Notes under the pieces: model-generated | The model's input: only the letters and a program-made list of their open reading frames with translations | Databases searched by the model: none | What the model was told of the DNA's origin: nothing | Source: Pirellulales bacterium | Lineage (GTDB): Bacteria; Planctomycetota; Planctomycetia; Pirellulales; JALHLM01 | NCBI GenBank assembly: GCA_022844585.1 | Contig: JALHLM010000003.1 | Coordinates: 1-42,272 of the forward strand | DNA length: 42,272 nucleotides | Direction of reading: 5' to 3' | Shown: one piece after another, positions 1 to 7,654 of the stretch | How positions within the stretch are numbered: position 1 is the stretch's first letter | Layout: every line of letters starts with the position of its first letter | Made by a program: the position numbers and the translations under genes

Positions 1-5
1 TGACA

Positions 6-251
6 TTATCCGCCTCGATCCGCGGTCAAGTAGATCAGGCCGATCGAAACCAGCGCCAGACCGAGCAAGTAGGCGATGATGGCTGGCGGACTGACGGTAT
101 AGCCATCTAGTCCGTCGCTAATGATTGTTGCCCCTAGGAGTATCGCGCCAGACAAGACCACGACGGAACCGGCAATTGATCGCATTTGGTTGCTCCGAAA
201 TCGGACATGGCTGCCGCTGATTCTACTCTCCAGCACGTGAAGAGGCCTCAC
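6..251 (-). CDS. small two-helix membrane protein (hypothetical)
   Basis: 81-aa ORF. The last 59 aa (from an alternative ATG at 185) form two hydrophobic helices (SVVVLSGAILLGATII, AIIAYLLGLALVSIGLIYL). No family recognised and the start is uncertain. Confidence 0.45.
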   Translation of the reverse strand: MRPLHVLESRISGSHVRFRSNQMRSIAGSVVVLSGAILLGATIISDGLDGYTVSPPAIIAYLLGLALVSIGLIYLTADRGG

Positions 252-300
252 CGAGCAGGCGCCGGTTGCGGTGCGAGTTGCCGGAGCGCCAAAGGTAGGC

Positions 301-630
301 CTAGGACGGCTCCATAAGCTGCGTTCGCTTGCGCGAACTTTTGCGTCGAATGAAAATTCCCGTGCCGATCAGCGAGGTCGCCAGCGTGCTGGAGATGAGC
401 GCCATCCACGTGGGGACGGGGGGTTCTTCGAAGATGGAAATTGCGCCGAGTTTTAGTCGCACAATTTCGGAAATGATCAACAGCGCGAGCGCGGCGAACC
501 CCGTGCCCAGGCAAATGAGAATCATCGAGAAGACCCGAGCGGCCGTGGACGGCAGGGCGAGCCGCACGCCTGGCTGACCGGCTGGCGGGCTTTCGGGTGA
601 CTGGTACGGGTTCTCGTCCATGCCGCCCAT
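301..630 (-). CDS. small membrane protein with N-terminal NPYQSP motif (hypothetical)
   Basis: 109-aa ORF with GC-rich third codon positions. N-terminus MGGMDENPYQSPE is followed by two hydrophobic helices, an architecture common in planctomycetal small membrane proteins. Confidence 0.6.
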   Translation of the reverse strand: MGGMDENPYQSPESPPAGQPGVRLALPSTAARVFSMILICLGTGFAALALLIISEIVRLKLGAISIFEEPPVPTWMALISSTLATSLIGTGIFIRRKSSRKRTQLMEPS

Positions 631-662
631 TCTAAGTGCGCACGCAAAAAAAACTAAGCGAT

Positions 663-752
663 GGGTGCCACTGGCGGCTTGTCCGCCAGTGGGGCTTTGG
701 TCGCGCCAGCGGGCCTAACTCCAGCACTGGCGGACAAGCCGCCTGTGCCACC
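663..752. repeat. REP-like nested palindromic element (two inverted copies of a ~30-nt self-palindromic unit)
   Basis: Copy A at 664-694 contains ccactggcgg-cttgt-ccgccagtgg (10-bp stem). Copy B at 721-752 is its reverse complement, sharing the 19-nt core cactggcggacaagccgcc. It lies between divergent gene starts at 630 and 902. Confidence 0.75.
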
Positions 753-901
753 CCACATCGAACTTTCTGCGGTTCTGCTTAGCTTCGTGGACCACGAAAA
801 ACCTCGGCTGTCGCGACGCGCTCAACGCCATTGCCCAGTGCGGCGGGGCGAATGAGAATGGATGGGCGTCGGGTTTGGCCCAGGTATCTGAGTAGCGCGC
901 C

Positions 902-1657
902 GTGGAAAAACCGTTGTTGGGATTGACCGCCGTGGTGACGGGGGCTTCGAGCGGGATCGGCCAGGCGATCGCGGTGGCGTTCGCCGAGGCGGGGGCCGAT
1001 TGCCTCGTGCACGCGCGGCGCAATCGGGCCGGAGCGGAGGAATCGGCGGCGTCGATTCGTTGCGCGGGGCGGGAAGCGGAAGTGTTGCTGGCCGATCTGG
1101 CCGACGACGACGCGATCGAGCCGTTCGCCGAGGCGGCCTGGAATTGGAGGCAGGGGGTCGACCTTTGGGTCAATAACGCCGGGGCGGACGTGTTGACCGG
1201 CGACGCCGCGACGTGGCCGTTCGAGCGCAAACTGGATTTGCTGTGGCGCGTCGATGTCATGGCGACGATGCGGTTGTCGCGGTCGATCGGCATGCGGATG
1301 AAGCAACGGGGCGGCGGCATGATTTTGAACGTCGGCTGGGATCGCGCGGAGCTGGGCATGGCCGGAGACAGCGGAGAGTTGTTCGCGGCGAGCAAAGGGG
1401 CGGTGATGGCGTTCTCACGCAGCCTGGCGAAATCGCTGGCGCCCGAGGTCCGCGTGAACTGCCTGGCGCCGGGCTGGATTCGCACCGCCTGGGGCGACCA
1501 GGCGTCGGAATACTGGCAACGCCGGGCGGAGTCGGAATCGCTGCTGCAACGCTGGGGCACGCCGGCGGATATCGCGCAAGCCGCCTGCTTCCTGGCGTCG
1601 CCCGCGGCTGCGTTCATCACCGGACAGATTGTACCCATCAACGGCGGCATGGCCTGA
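902..1657 (+). CDS. short-chain dehydrogenase/reductase (SDR) family protein with atypical active-site residues
   Basis: GTG start. Rossmann motif TGASSGIGQAIA and NNAG are present, with overall SDR length and layout. The canonical S...YxxxK positions read NVGW...FAASK. Confidence 0.85.
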   Translation: MEKPLLGLTAVVTGASSGIGQAIAVAFAEAGADCLVHARRNRAGAEESAASIRCAGREAEVLLADLADDDAIEPFAEAAWNWRQGVDLWVNNAGADVLTGDAATWPFERKLDLLWRVDVMATMRLSRSIGMRMKQRGGGMILNVGWDRAELGMAGDSGELFAASKGAVMAFSRSLAKSLAPEVRVNCLAPGWIRTAWGDQASEYWQRRAESESLLQRWGTPADIAQAACFLASPAAAFITGQIVPINGGMA

Positions 1658-1691
1658 GTCCTCCGACTGCTGTTCGACACATCTCGGACGG

Positions 1692-1847
1692 AACCACGAA
1701 AAGCACGAAAGGCACGAAAGGTTGGGATGTTCGTCTAGGCTGAGGTTGCCATCCAACGACAGACCGACGAGCCAACTTCCAGTTGGAACTTTCAGCGCAA
1801 TCCCGCTACTTTACCAGGCGTTCGTGCCTTTCGTGACTTTCGTGGTT
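1692..1847. repeat. MITE/REP-like hairpin element with 27-nt terminal inverted repeats built from 3x CACGAAAG units
   Basis: Left arm 1692-1718 (aaccacgaaaagcacgaaaggcacgaa) matches the reverse complement of right arm 1821-1847 (ttcgtgcctttcgtgactttcgtggtt) at 25 of 27 positions. Inner hairpins include ccaact-tcc-agttgg at 1772-1786. It lies between the SDR stop and the next gene start. Confidence 0.75.
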
Positions 1848-1936
1848 GCCTTTGGACACCCGGAAAAAGTTGTCTAGTCCAACAAGTCCTGTGACGTCGG
1901 CCACGCAGGACGTCGCTACACCCCCAAACTTCGTCC

Positions 1937-3334
1937 ATGCAACCTGAGCGGCTTCATTTCGTTACCGGCAAGCTGGCCGAGCCGTCATTGCGACGTGTGC
2001 TGGAAGACTTAGCGCCGCGCGCGGGGTTTTCGTATACCGTCGAGGTATTGAATATCACCGTCGCCGCCTTGATGACGGCGGATTGGGTGGCGCGACGGAT
2101 CAAGGCGCCGGCCGACGCGACGCGCGTGTTACTGCCAGGACTCGTGAAAGGAGATTTGCAGCCCGTGCGCGAAGCGGCGGCTAAACCGGTGGAGCTGGGG
2201 CCGAAGGATCTGCGCGATTTGCCGACGCACTTCGGGCAGTCGCAGGGTCCGCCGTCGGATTATGGGCGGTATGACATTGAGATCCTGGCGGAGATCAATC
2301 ACGCGAACCGCCTGTCACGCGAGGCGATTCTGAGCTGGGCGGAACGGCTGCGTAGCGATGGCGCGGATGTGATCGACCTGGGCTGTACGCCCGGCGAGCC
2401 GTGGGCGGCGATTGGCGAGACCGTCGTGGCGCTCCGCGAAGCGGGGCATCGCGTTTCGGTGGATTCAATCGTATCGCGCGAAGTCGCCGCGGCGACTGCG
2501 GCCGGCGCGGAATTGGTGCTGTCGGTGAATCAATCGAATCGCGACGCGGCCGCCGACTGGGGTTGCGAAGTGGTGGTGGTGCCGGACGACCCGGTGACCT
2601 TGGCCGGGCTCGACGCCACGGTCGAGTTGTTGACGGCGCGCGGCGTGAAGTTCCGGCTTGATCCGGTATTGGAACCGATCGGGTTTGGTTTCGCCGCGAG
2701 TCTGGCGCGCTATCATGAAGTGCGCCGGCGTTATCCCGAGGCCGAGATGCTGATGGGCATCGGGAATCTCACGGAGTTGACCGACGTGGATTCCGCGGGG
2801 GTCAATGTGATGTTGCTGGCGTTCTGCGAGGAAGTGGGCGTAAGGAGCGTGCTCACGACGGAAGTTATCAATTGGGCGCGGAGTTCCGTGCGCGAGTGCG
2901 ACCTGGCGCGGCGGCTGGTTTATCACGCGGTGCGGCAACGCGTACTGCCCAAGCATTTGGAACCGCGGCTGGTGATGTTGCGCGATCCGCGACTGCTGGA
3001 ATACGGCGAAGTGGGTTTGGCGAAACTCGCGGCGCAGATCAAGGATCGCAATTTTCGCGTGTTCGTGGAGCGCGGCGAACTCCACTTGATCAATTCGGCC
3101 GTGCATTTGCACGGGCGGGATCCGTTTGAGTTGTTCACGCAGTTGCTGGCGACACAGCCCGAGAAGCTGGACGCCTCGCACGCCTTTTATCTGGGGTACG
3201 AACTTGCCAAAGCGGTCACGGCGTTGACGCTGGGCAAGCAATATACGCAGGACGAGGCGCTCGACTGGGGCTTTTTGGCCCTGCCGGAACGCTCCGGGCG
3301 GCATCCACAAGGCGAGGGCGACGAATTGTTGTGA
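1937..3334 (+). CDS. dihydropteroate synthase-like pterin-binding protein (three-domain, MJ0301-like)
   Basis: 465 aa. The central region (GADVIDLGCTPGEP, VSVDSIVSREVAAATAAGAELVLSVN) resembles a pterin-binding TIM barrel. It has extra N-terminal and C-terminal domains and lacks the canonical FolP N-terminus. Confidence 0.7.
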   Translation: MQPERLHFVTGKLAEPSLRRVLEDLAPRAGFSYTVEVLNITVAALMTADWVARRIKAPADATRVLLPGLVKGDLQPVREAAAKPVELGPKDLRDLPTHFGQSQGPPSDYGRYDIEILAEINHANRLSREAILSWAERLRSDGADVIDLGCTPGEPWAAIGETVVALREAGHRVSVDSIVSREVAAATAAGAELVLSVNQSNRDAAADWGCEVVVVPDDPVTLAGLDATVELLTARGVKFRLDPVLEPIGFGFAASLARYHEVRRRYPEAEMLMGIGNLTELTDVDSAGVNVMLLAFCEEVGVRSVLTTEVINWARSSVRECDLARRLVYHAVRQRVLPKHLEPRLVMLRDPRLLEYGEVGLAKLAAQIKDRNFRVFVERGELHLINSAVHLHGRDPFELFTQLLATQPEKLDASHAFYLGYELAKAVTALTLGKQYTQDEALDWGFLALPERSGRHPQGEGDELL

Positions 3335-3403
3335 AAACCGACGTCGCCTTCTATACTCGCTCGGCACATTGATCTGACCACACCTTGAGCAGGAACAGTT
3401 TTG

Positions 3404-4120
3404 ATGCAGCGCGCAACTTGGATGCTGGGCCTGACGATGGCGTTGTCGGGGACTTCGACGGCCTGGGCGGACATCGTGCCGATCGCGGCCCTGCGGCAGG
3501 TCGCGTCGAGCGGCACGATCAACACCGCGGATGAGACGCTCAACCACTACGATATCGAGAGCGTGGACCATTTTGATGTGTTTGACGATTCCAGCGGACT
3601 GGCGCTGCGCACCGAATTTGGCACAGCGACGGCGGACGGCTTCGCCAAGCAGGTGTCGTCGCTCGGCGCCAACGAGTTGCTGGTCTTCGTTTCGTCCGAC
3701 GCTTTCGTTTCTGCGCCGAACGAGAACGACACGTCCTACGCCGGCGCAGGCAGTCGATTCTCCTTGCGCTTTTTGATCGATGCGCCGGGCCGCTATAAAT
3801 TGACTGCCGAGGGCTATGCGCAAAACTCTGGCACGGCGTTGCTGCAAATCTCCGATGCGGACGAGAATCTCTTGGCGTACTACGATGCGGTCGACGCGTC
3901 GGCGTTCGAGTTGGAGTTGAATCTCCCGGCCGGCGAATACGGCATGGCCGCCAATGCCGACAGCGGCGGCTACTGGGAGTTCGGTTCCGGAGAGCCGGAC
4001 GGGCGATCGGGGCTCGACGTGGCGCTGGTCCAAGTTCCGGAGCCGGGCACGCTCGGGTTGGGCCTGTTCGCCGGGCTGTCCATCGCGGCGTTTTCCGCCT
4101 TTAAGCGCCCCAGGCGGTAG
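3404..4120 (+). CDS. secreted PEP-CTERM-anchored protein (hypothetical)
   Basis: ATG at 3404 lies just after the TTG at 3401. Signal peptide MQRATWMLGLTMALSGTSTAWA, then a beta-rich ~190-aa body and the C-terminal tail VPEPGTLGLGLFAGLSIAAFSAFKRPRR. Confidence 0.85.
   Translation: MQRATWMLGLTMALSGTSTAWADIVPIAALRQVASSGTINTADETLNHYDIESVDHFDVFDDSSGLALRTEFGTATADGFAKQVSSLGANELLVFVSSDAFVSAPNENDTSYAGAGSRFSLRFLIDAPGRYKLTAEGYAQNSGTALLQISDADENLLAYYDAVDASAFELELNLPAGEYGMAANADSGGYWEFGSGEPDGRSGLDVALVQVPEPGTLGLGLFAGLSIAAFSAFKRPRR
4034..4117 (+). other. PEP-CTERM sorting motif
   Basis: VPEP, a hydrophobic helix and a basic KRPRR tail occur immediately before the stop codon. Confidence 0.85.
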
Positions 4121-4237
4121 CCTTTGCGCCGTAAGCCGGGCATTTTTTGGGAAAACCTTGTAACAGAGGGGACCGCCTGCGTCATTCCTTCCTAGAACCT
4201 GTCGCTATCCGCCAACAGCCAATCTAGGAGTGATGCC

Positions 4238-7200
4238 ATGGCACGCCTGAATTTATGCCGCCAGGGATTCGAACCCTTGGAAGACCGCAAGTTGATGGCC
4301 GTCGACCTGGGGGCCTCGACCTTCAGCCCTGCGTTGATGGGCGATGCCATCGAGGAGCTGTCGACGGGCAACGCGGTGGGGTTTGGGTACGCCATCAATC
4401 TGAATGGCGACAACAACGCGGCCGTGGGCAGCGGCGGCCAGGCCCGGACGGCCTCCGATAACCCGGCGCGCAGTTTCAGCTCGTTGGTAGAACTGGAAGT
4501 CTCCAGCGTCTCGAAGCCGATTACGGCGACCGCGCTGCTGCACTTCCTGCAGTCGCAACCCGGCGGACTCGACGCGGCGCTCAAGACGAAGCTCGTCGAC
4601 CTGCTGCCCAGCGATTGGGACCCGGGCAACAACGTCCAGCACATCACGCTCCGGCACTTGCTCACGCATACGAGCGGCCTGTCGGAATCAAACAATTCGC
4701 TGGGCCTCAACTTTGGCAGCTACGGAAACAACACGTATGCCAACATGCAGGCCCTGATCGAAAACGGCATTTCGGCGCCGAATGTGGCGGCTGACGACGT
4801 GTACGACGCCCCGCGCTGGGATCTGGGTGACAACTACAACAACATCAACTTCACCTTGCTCGCTCGCGTCGCGCTCCCGAAGCTGTTGAACCCAGCATTG
4901 GACCTCACGGCCGCCTCGTTTCCGGGCCTGCGAGACTCGGTTTCAGGCAGCGTCTATAGCAACTACGTTCAAAACGAGATCTTCGAACCACTGGGGATCG
5001 ACGGCGCCGATCTCGTGGGGAACGACGCAAATCCGGCCAAGGGATACAACCTGGGCGTCAACGCCGCGGGCGCGCCGTTGTCGAACTATTCCAGTCTGGG
5101 CGGCGCGTTTGGCTGGAAGCTCTCCGCCCGCGAGTTGGCGGTCTTCCTCGACGGCGTCCAGCGCGACGGCAGCATCCTGTGGGCGTCGACGCGCGATATG
5201 CGTGACGATCAAGAGCTGGGCTGGTACAGCTCCGAGGACGCCTTTGGCGACTACTATTCGCACAACGGGGCCACCACCAGTGGCTCGGGCAAATTCCGGT
5301 CGCGCATCGGCGCGTATCCCGGCGGAATCGAAGCGTCGTATCTGATGAACTCCGACGACGACAATCTTCCCGGCGGGTCGATCGGCGCGATGATGAAGAC
5401 AGCCTATGTCAATGGCTGGACCGATCTCACCGTGAAGGGTACGAGCGCCTCGGACACTTTCCAGGCGACGACCGTGATGGACAACGGCAAGGAGGCCATT
5501 CGCATCACGCTCAACGGCGAGGTGCAATTCACGCGTTGGATTGACGGCTTGGATTCGATCACGCTCAATGGCAGCCTTGGCAATGACACCTTCAGCATTT
5601 CCGACTGGCACTCCTCGGTAGAACTGGTCATCAACGGCCAAGGCGACAATGATACGACGAACTTGCTGTCCGGCCTGCGCAACATCGAATTGGTCAACGG
5701 CATGACGTTCAATGGCGGTTCCGGCGTCGACACGCTGCTGGCTTACGACCAGAACAACCCGTACTCGATGCCGGCGCTGAGTCAACTGTATACGGTCAGC
5801 GACGAGGCCATCGCCCGTCACCGCGGTCTGTTCATTCAGAACGTGGGGCTCGTGCCCATTCCGGTGTCGGTCAACTACGCGTTGGTCGAGAACCTGGAAC
5901 TGACGACGGGCGGCCTGGCCGACATCGTCAATGTGGCGAGCAAGACATCGGGCGACACCGAAATTCGCACCGGCGCCGGCAACGACGTCGTGCGGGTCGG
6001 TCAAACCGCCGCCAATCTGCAACTGGTCGACGGCCTGTTCGTCGACGGTCAGACGGGAACGGACTCCATCGAGCTGTTCGACGGCAACAAGGTCATCGCC
6101 GACGACTTCTTCGGGCAATACGACGTCGAAACGGACAGCGTCACTCGTTATGTCACGGGCGGCTTCGTGATCAATCCGAACCCACCGAAGTACACCGTCG
6201 ATTTCGCCGGCATGGAAAACCTGGCACTGACGACGACGGACGGCGCCGATCGCATCCGCGTTCACGGAACGACCGCGGGCGAGATGATCATTCACGGCGG
6301 CGAAGGCAGCGACATCCTGACGACAACGCCTGCCACGCAAAACATGGAGCGGGTCCGTGACCTCAGCTTCTTCGGCGAAGCCGGTATCGACGGGATCGTG
6401 ATCAACGATCAGCAGAATCCGTATAGCCATAAGACGCTCAGCCGCGAATACGACGTGAGCGCGTCGCAGGTCGCCCGCACGATGAACGGCCGCGTCGGAC
6501 CACTGGCCGTGGAGGTGTCGTACAATAGCGTCGAGAACCTGACGCTCAACACCGGCGATCAGGGCGATCACATTGACGTCGCGAACACGACGTCGGGCGA
6601 AGCGGTCATCCATGCCGGCCCCGGCAACGACGTCGTCAACGCCAGCACGACCTCCCAGAATATGGAGAATGTCAACGACCTGATCGTTGACGGCGGGGCG
6701 GGGAACGACACGCTGAACATCCTCGACGCCAACAATCCGTATGATCTCGGCCCCGGCGGCGGCGTGTATGCGGTCACGACGGATGCCGTGTCGCGATTCG
6801 ACGAGCACATTCTGTTCGAGAACTTCGCCGTGCCGGTCGAAGTGCGATTCTCGGCAGTGGAGACGGTCGATCTCGACGCCGGCAACCTGGGCGACGTGTT
6901 CAACGTGACCGGAATCGGCGGACCGGCGAATTTGACGCTCGACGGCAACGCGGGCGCCGACCAGTTCAACATCAAGAGCCCGGCCTTTGGGACGATCAAC
7001 GTGGCGGGCGACTCGCCGGTGCTCGCTCCGGGCGACAAGCTGGTCGTTAACGAAGGCGGCTTCTATGCAACCGCAGCGATCCCGGGACTCTACATCCCCG
7101 GATCCGGCGGCGTGACGATTGGCGCGGCGAGCGTTTACTTCAGCGGCATCGAAACGACCGACATCCATGAGCAACTCACCTTGCTCGGCGATACGAACGG

Positions 7201-7516
7201 CGACGGCCAGGTGGATATCGTCGACCTGAACAATGTCCGCAACAACTTCGGCGGGCTGGGTCTCGGCGATACCGACGGCGATGGCGACGTGGACATTCAC
7301 GATCTGAACAACGTCCGCAACAACTTCGGCGACAGTCTGCCGGCGCCGTCGCCGAGTCCCGCTCAAGACTCGATGCTGGCGGCTCAGTCCCATGACGATT
7401 GGCAAGACGCACTTGTGGCGGCTCAGTTGGAATCGACGTCAGTATCTTCGCCGCGAGCTGGCTCATTCGCAGCTCGGCGACTGAAAGCCGTCGATGATTT
7501 GTTCGCCTTGGTTTGA
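4238..7516 (+). CDS. secreted beta-lactamase-fold serine hydrolase fused to four ~110-aa repeats and a tandem dockerin-like cassette
   Basis: aggag lies 8 nt upstream of the ATG. The N-terminal leader is RQGFEPLEDRKLMAV. The S-x-x-K motif EVSSVSKPITATALL is at 4505-4516, with serine-hydrolase-like context (LLTHTSGL). The repeats carry NPY...VENLxLxTG...GNDVV signatures. The C-terminal cassette is GDTNGDGQVDIVDLNNVRNNFG x2. Confidence 0.85.
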   Translation: MARLNLCRQGFEPLEDRKLMAVDLGASTFSPALMGDAIEELSTGNAVGFGYAINLNGDNNAAVGSGGQARTASDNPARSFSSLVELEVSSVSKPITATALLHFLQSQPGGLDAALKTKLVDLLPSDWDPGNNVQHITLRHLLTHTSGLSESNNSLGLNFGSYGNNTYANMQALIENGISAPNVAADDVYDAPRWDLGDNYNNINFTLLARVALPKLLNPALDLTAASFPGLRDSVSGSVYSNYVQNEIFEPLGIDGADLVGNDANPAKGYNLGVNAAGAPLSNYSSLGGAFGWKLSARELAVFLDGVQRDGSILWASTRDMRDDQELGWYSSEDAFGDYYSHNGATTSGSGKFRSRIGAYPGGIEASYLMNSDDDNLPGGSIGAMMKTAYVNGWTDLTVKGTSASDTFQATTVMDNGKEAIRITLNGEVQFTRWIDGLDSITLNGSLGNDTFSISDWHSSVELVINGQGDNDTTNLLSGLRNIELVNGMTFNGGSGVDTLLAYDQNNPYSMPALSQLYTVSDEAIARHRGLFIQNVGLVPIPVSVNYALVENLELTTGGLADIVNVASKTSGDTEIRTGAGNDVVRVGQTAANLQLVDGLFVDGQTGTDSIELFDGNKVIADDFFGQYDVETDSVTRYVTGGFVINPNPPKYTVDFAGMENLALTTTDGADRIRVHGTTAGEMIIHGGEGSDILTTTPATQNMERVRDLSFFGEAGIDGIVINDQQNPYSHKTLSREYDVSASQVARTMNGRVGPLAVEVSYNSVENLTLNTGDQGDHIDVANTTSGEAVIHAGPGNDVVNASTTSQNMENVNDLIVDGGAGNDTLNILDANNPYDLGPGGGVYAVTTDAVSRFDEHILFENFAVPVEVRFSAVETVDLDAGNLGDVFNVTGIGGPANLTLDGNAGADQFNIKSPAFGTINVAGDSPVLAPGDKLVVNEGGFYATAAIPGLYIPGSGGVTIGAASVYFSGIETTDIHEQLTLLGDTNGDGQVDIVDLNNVRNNFGGLGLGDTDGDGDVDIHDLNNVRNNFGDSLPAPSPSPAQDSMLAAQSHDDWQDALVAAQLESTSVSSPRAGSFAARRLKAVDDLFALV
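7181..7330 (+). repeat. tandem dockerin-like (EF-hand-type) cassette, copy 1 of 3 in the window
   Basis: LLGDTNGDGQVDIVDLNNVRNNFGGLGLGDTDGDGDVDIHDLNNVRNNFG. The core gacctgaacaa(t/c)gtccgcaacaacttcggc recurs at 20333-20476 and 25421-25564 on the other strand. Confidence 0.85.
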
Positions 7517-7542
7517 TCGACAGTTCCAATGTCGGCATCCGG

Positions 7543-7599
7543 CTCACCGGCGCATGTGGCTCGTCCCCGCGAGCAACATCGCCGGTGAGTTCGTTTTTT
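7543..7599 (+). terminator. rho-independent terminator downstream of the 4238-7516 gene
   Basis: 19-bp stem (7543-7563 pairs with 7570-7589, with one bulge and one mismatch) and a 6-nt loop, followed directly by ttcgtttttt. Confidence 0.7.
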
Positions 7600-7654
7600 G
7601 AAACGCGGTTTCGAAGTCGGTGATGGTTTGCCCATAGGTTCGCCAGATGCGAGA

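Noticed and set aside
646-692. The hairpin of the REP-like unit plus an A8/T8 run, considered as a minus-strand intrinsic terminator or attenuator in front of the 301-630 gene
   Set aside because: The T-run begins about 13 nt after the stem rather than directly after it. Both alternative folds end at the same position, so there is no terminator/antiterminator switch. No upstream minus-strand gene needs terminating.
715-1680. 321-aa ORF antisense to the first SDR gene, and similar ORFs at 9789-10790, 16396-17541, 17176-17982, 34696-35727 and 36218-36775
   Set aside because: Each lies opposite or out of frame with a gene carrying family motifs. All show a high Arg/Pro/Ser/Ala bias and are GC artefacts.
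1629-1877. 82-aa ORF encoding HEKHERHER... and FVPFVTFVV
   Set aside because: It is simply the translation of the two arms of the CACGAAAG inverted-repeat element, not a gene.
2465-4033. 522-aa ORF antisense to the DHPS-like gene and the PEP-CTERM gene
   Set aside because: It spans two well-supported plus-strand genes and their intergenic region. Its composition is Arg-rich and no motifs are present.
4095-4150. T6 run after the PEP-CTERM gene, considered as a terminator
   Set aside because: I could only find a 4-bp stem with a large loop preceding cattttttgg, which is too weak to call.
4943-7405. 820-aa ORF antisense to the hydrolase/repeat gene
   Set aside because: It lies opposite a gene with clear motifs (S-x-x-K, repeats, dockerin-like cassette). 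Its translation is Arg/Ala/Val/Asp-rich low-complexity sequence with no motifs, the typical GC-rich shadow ORF.
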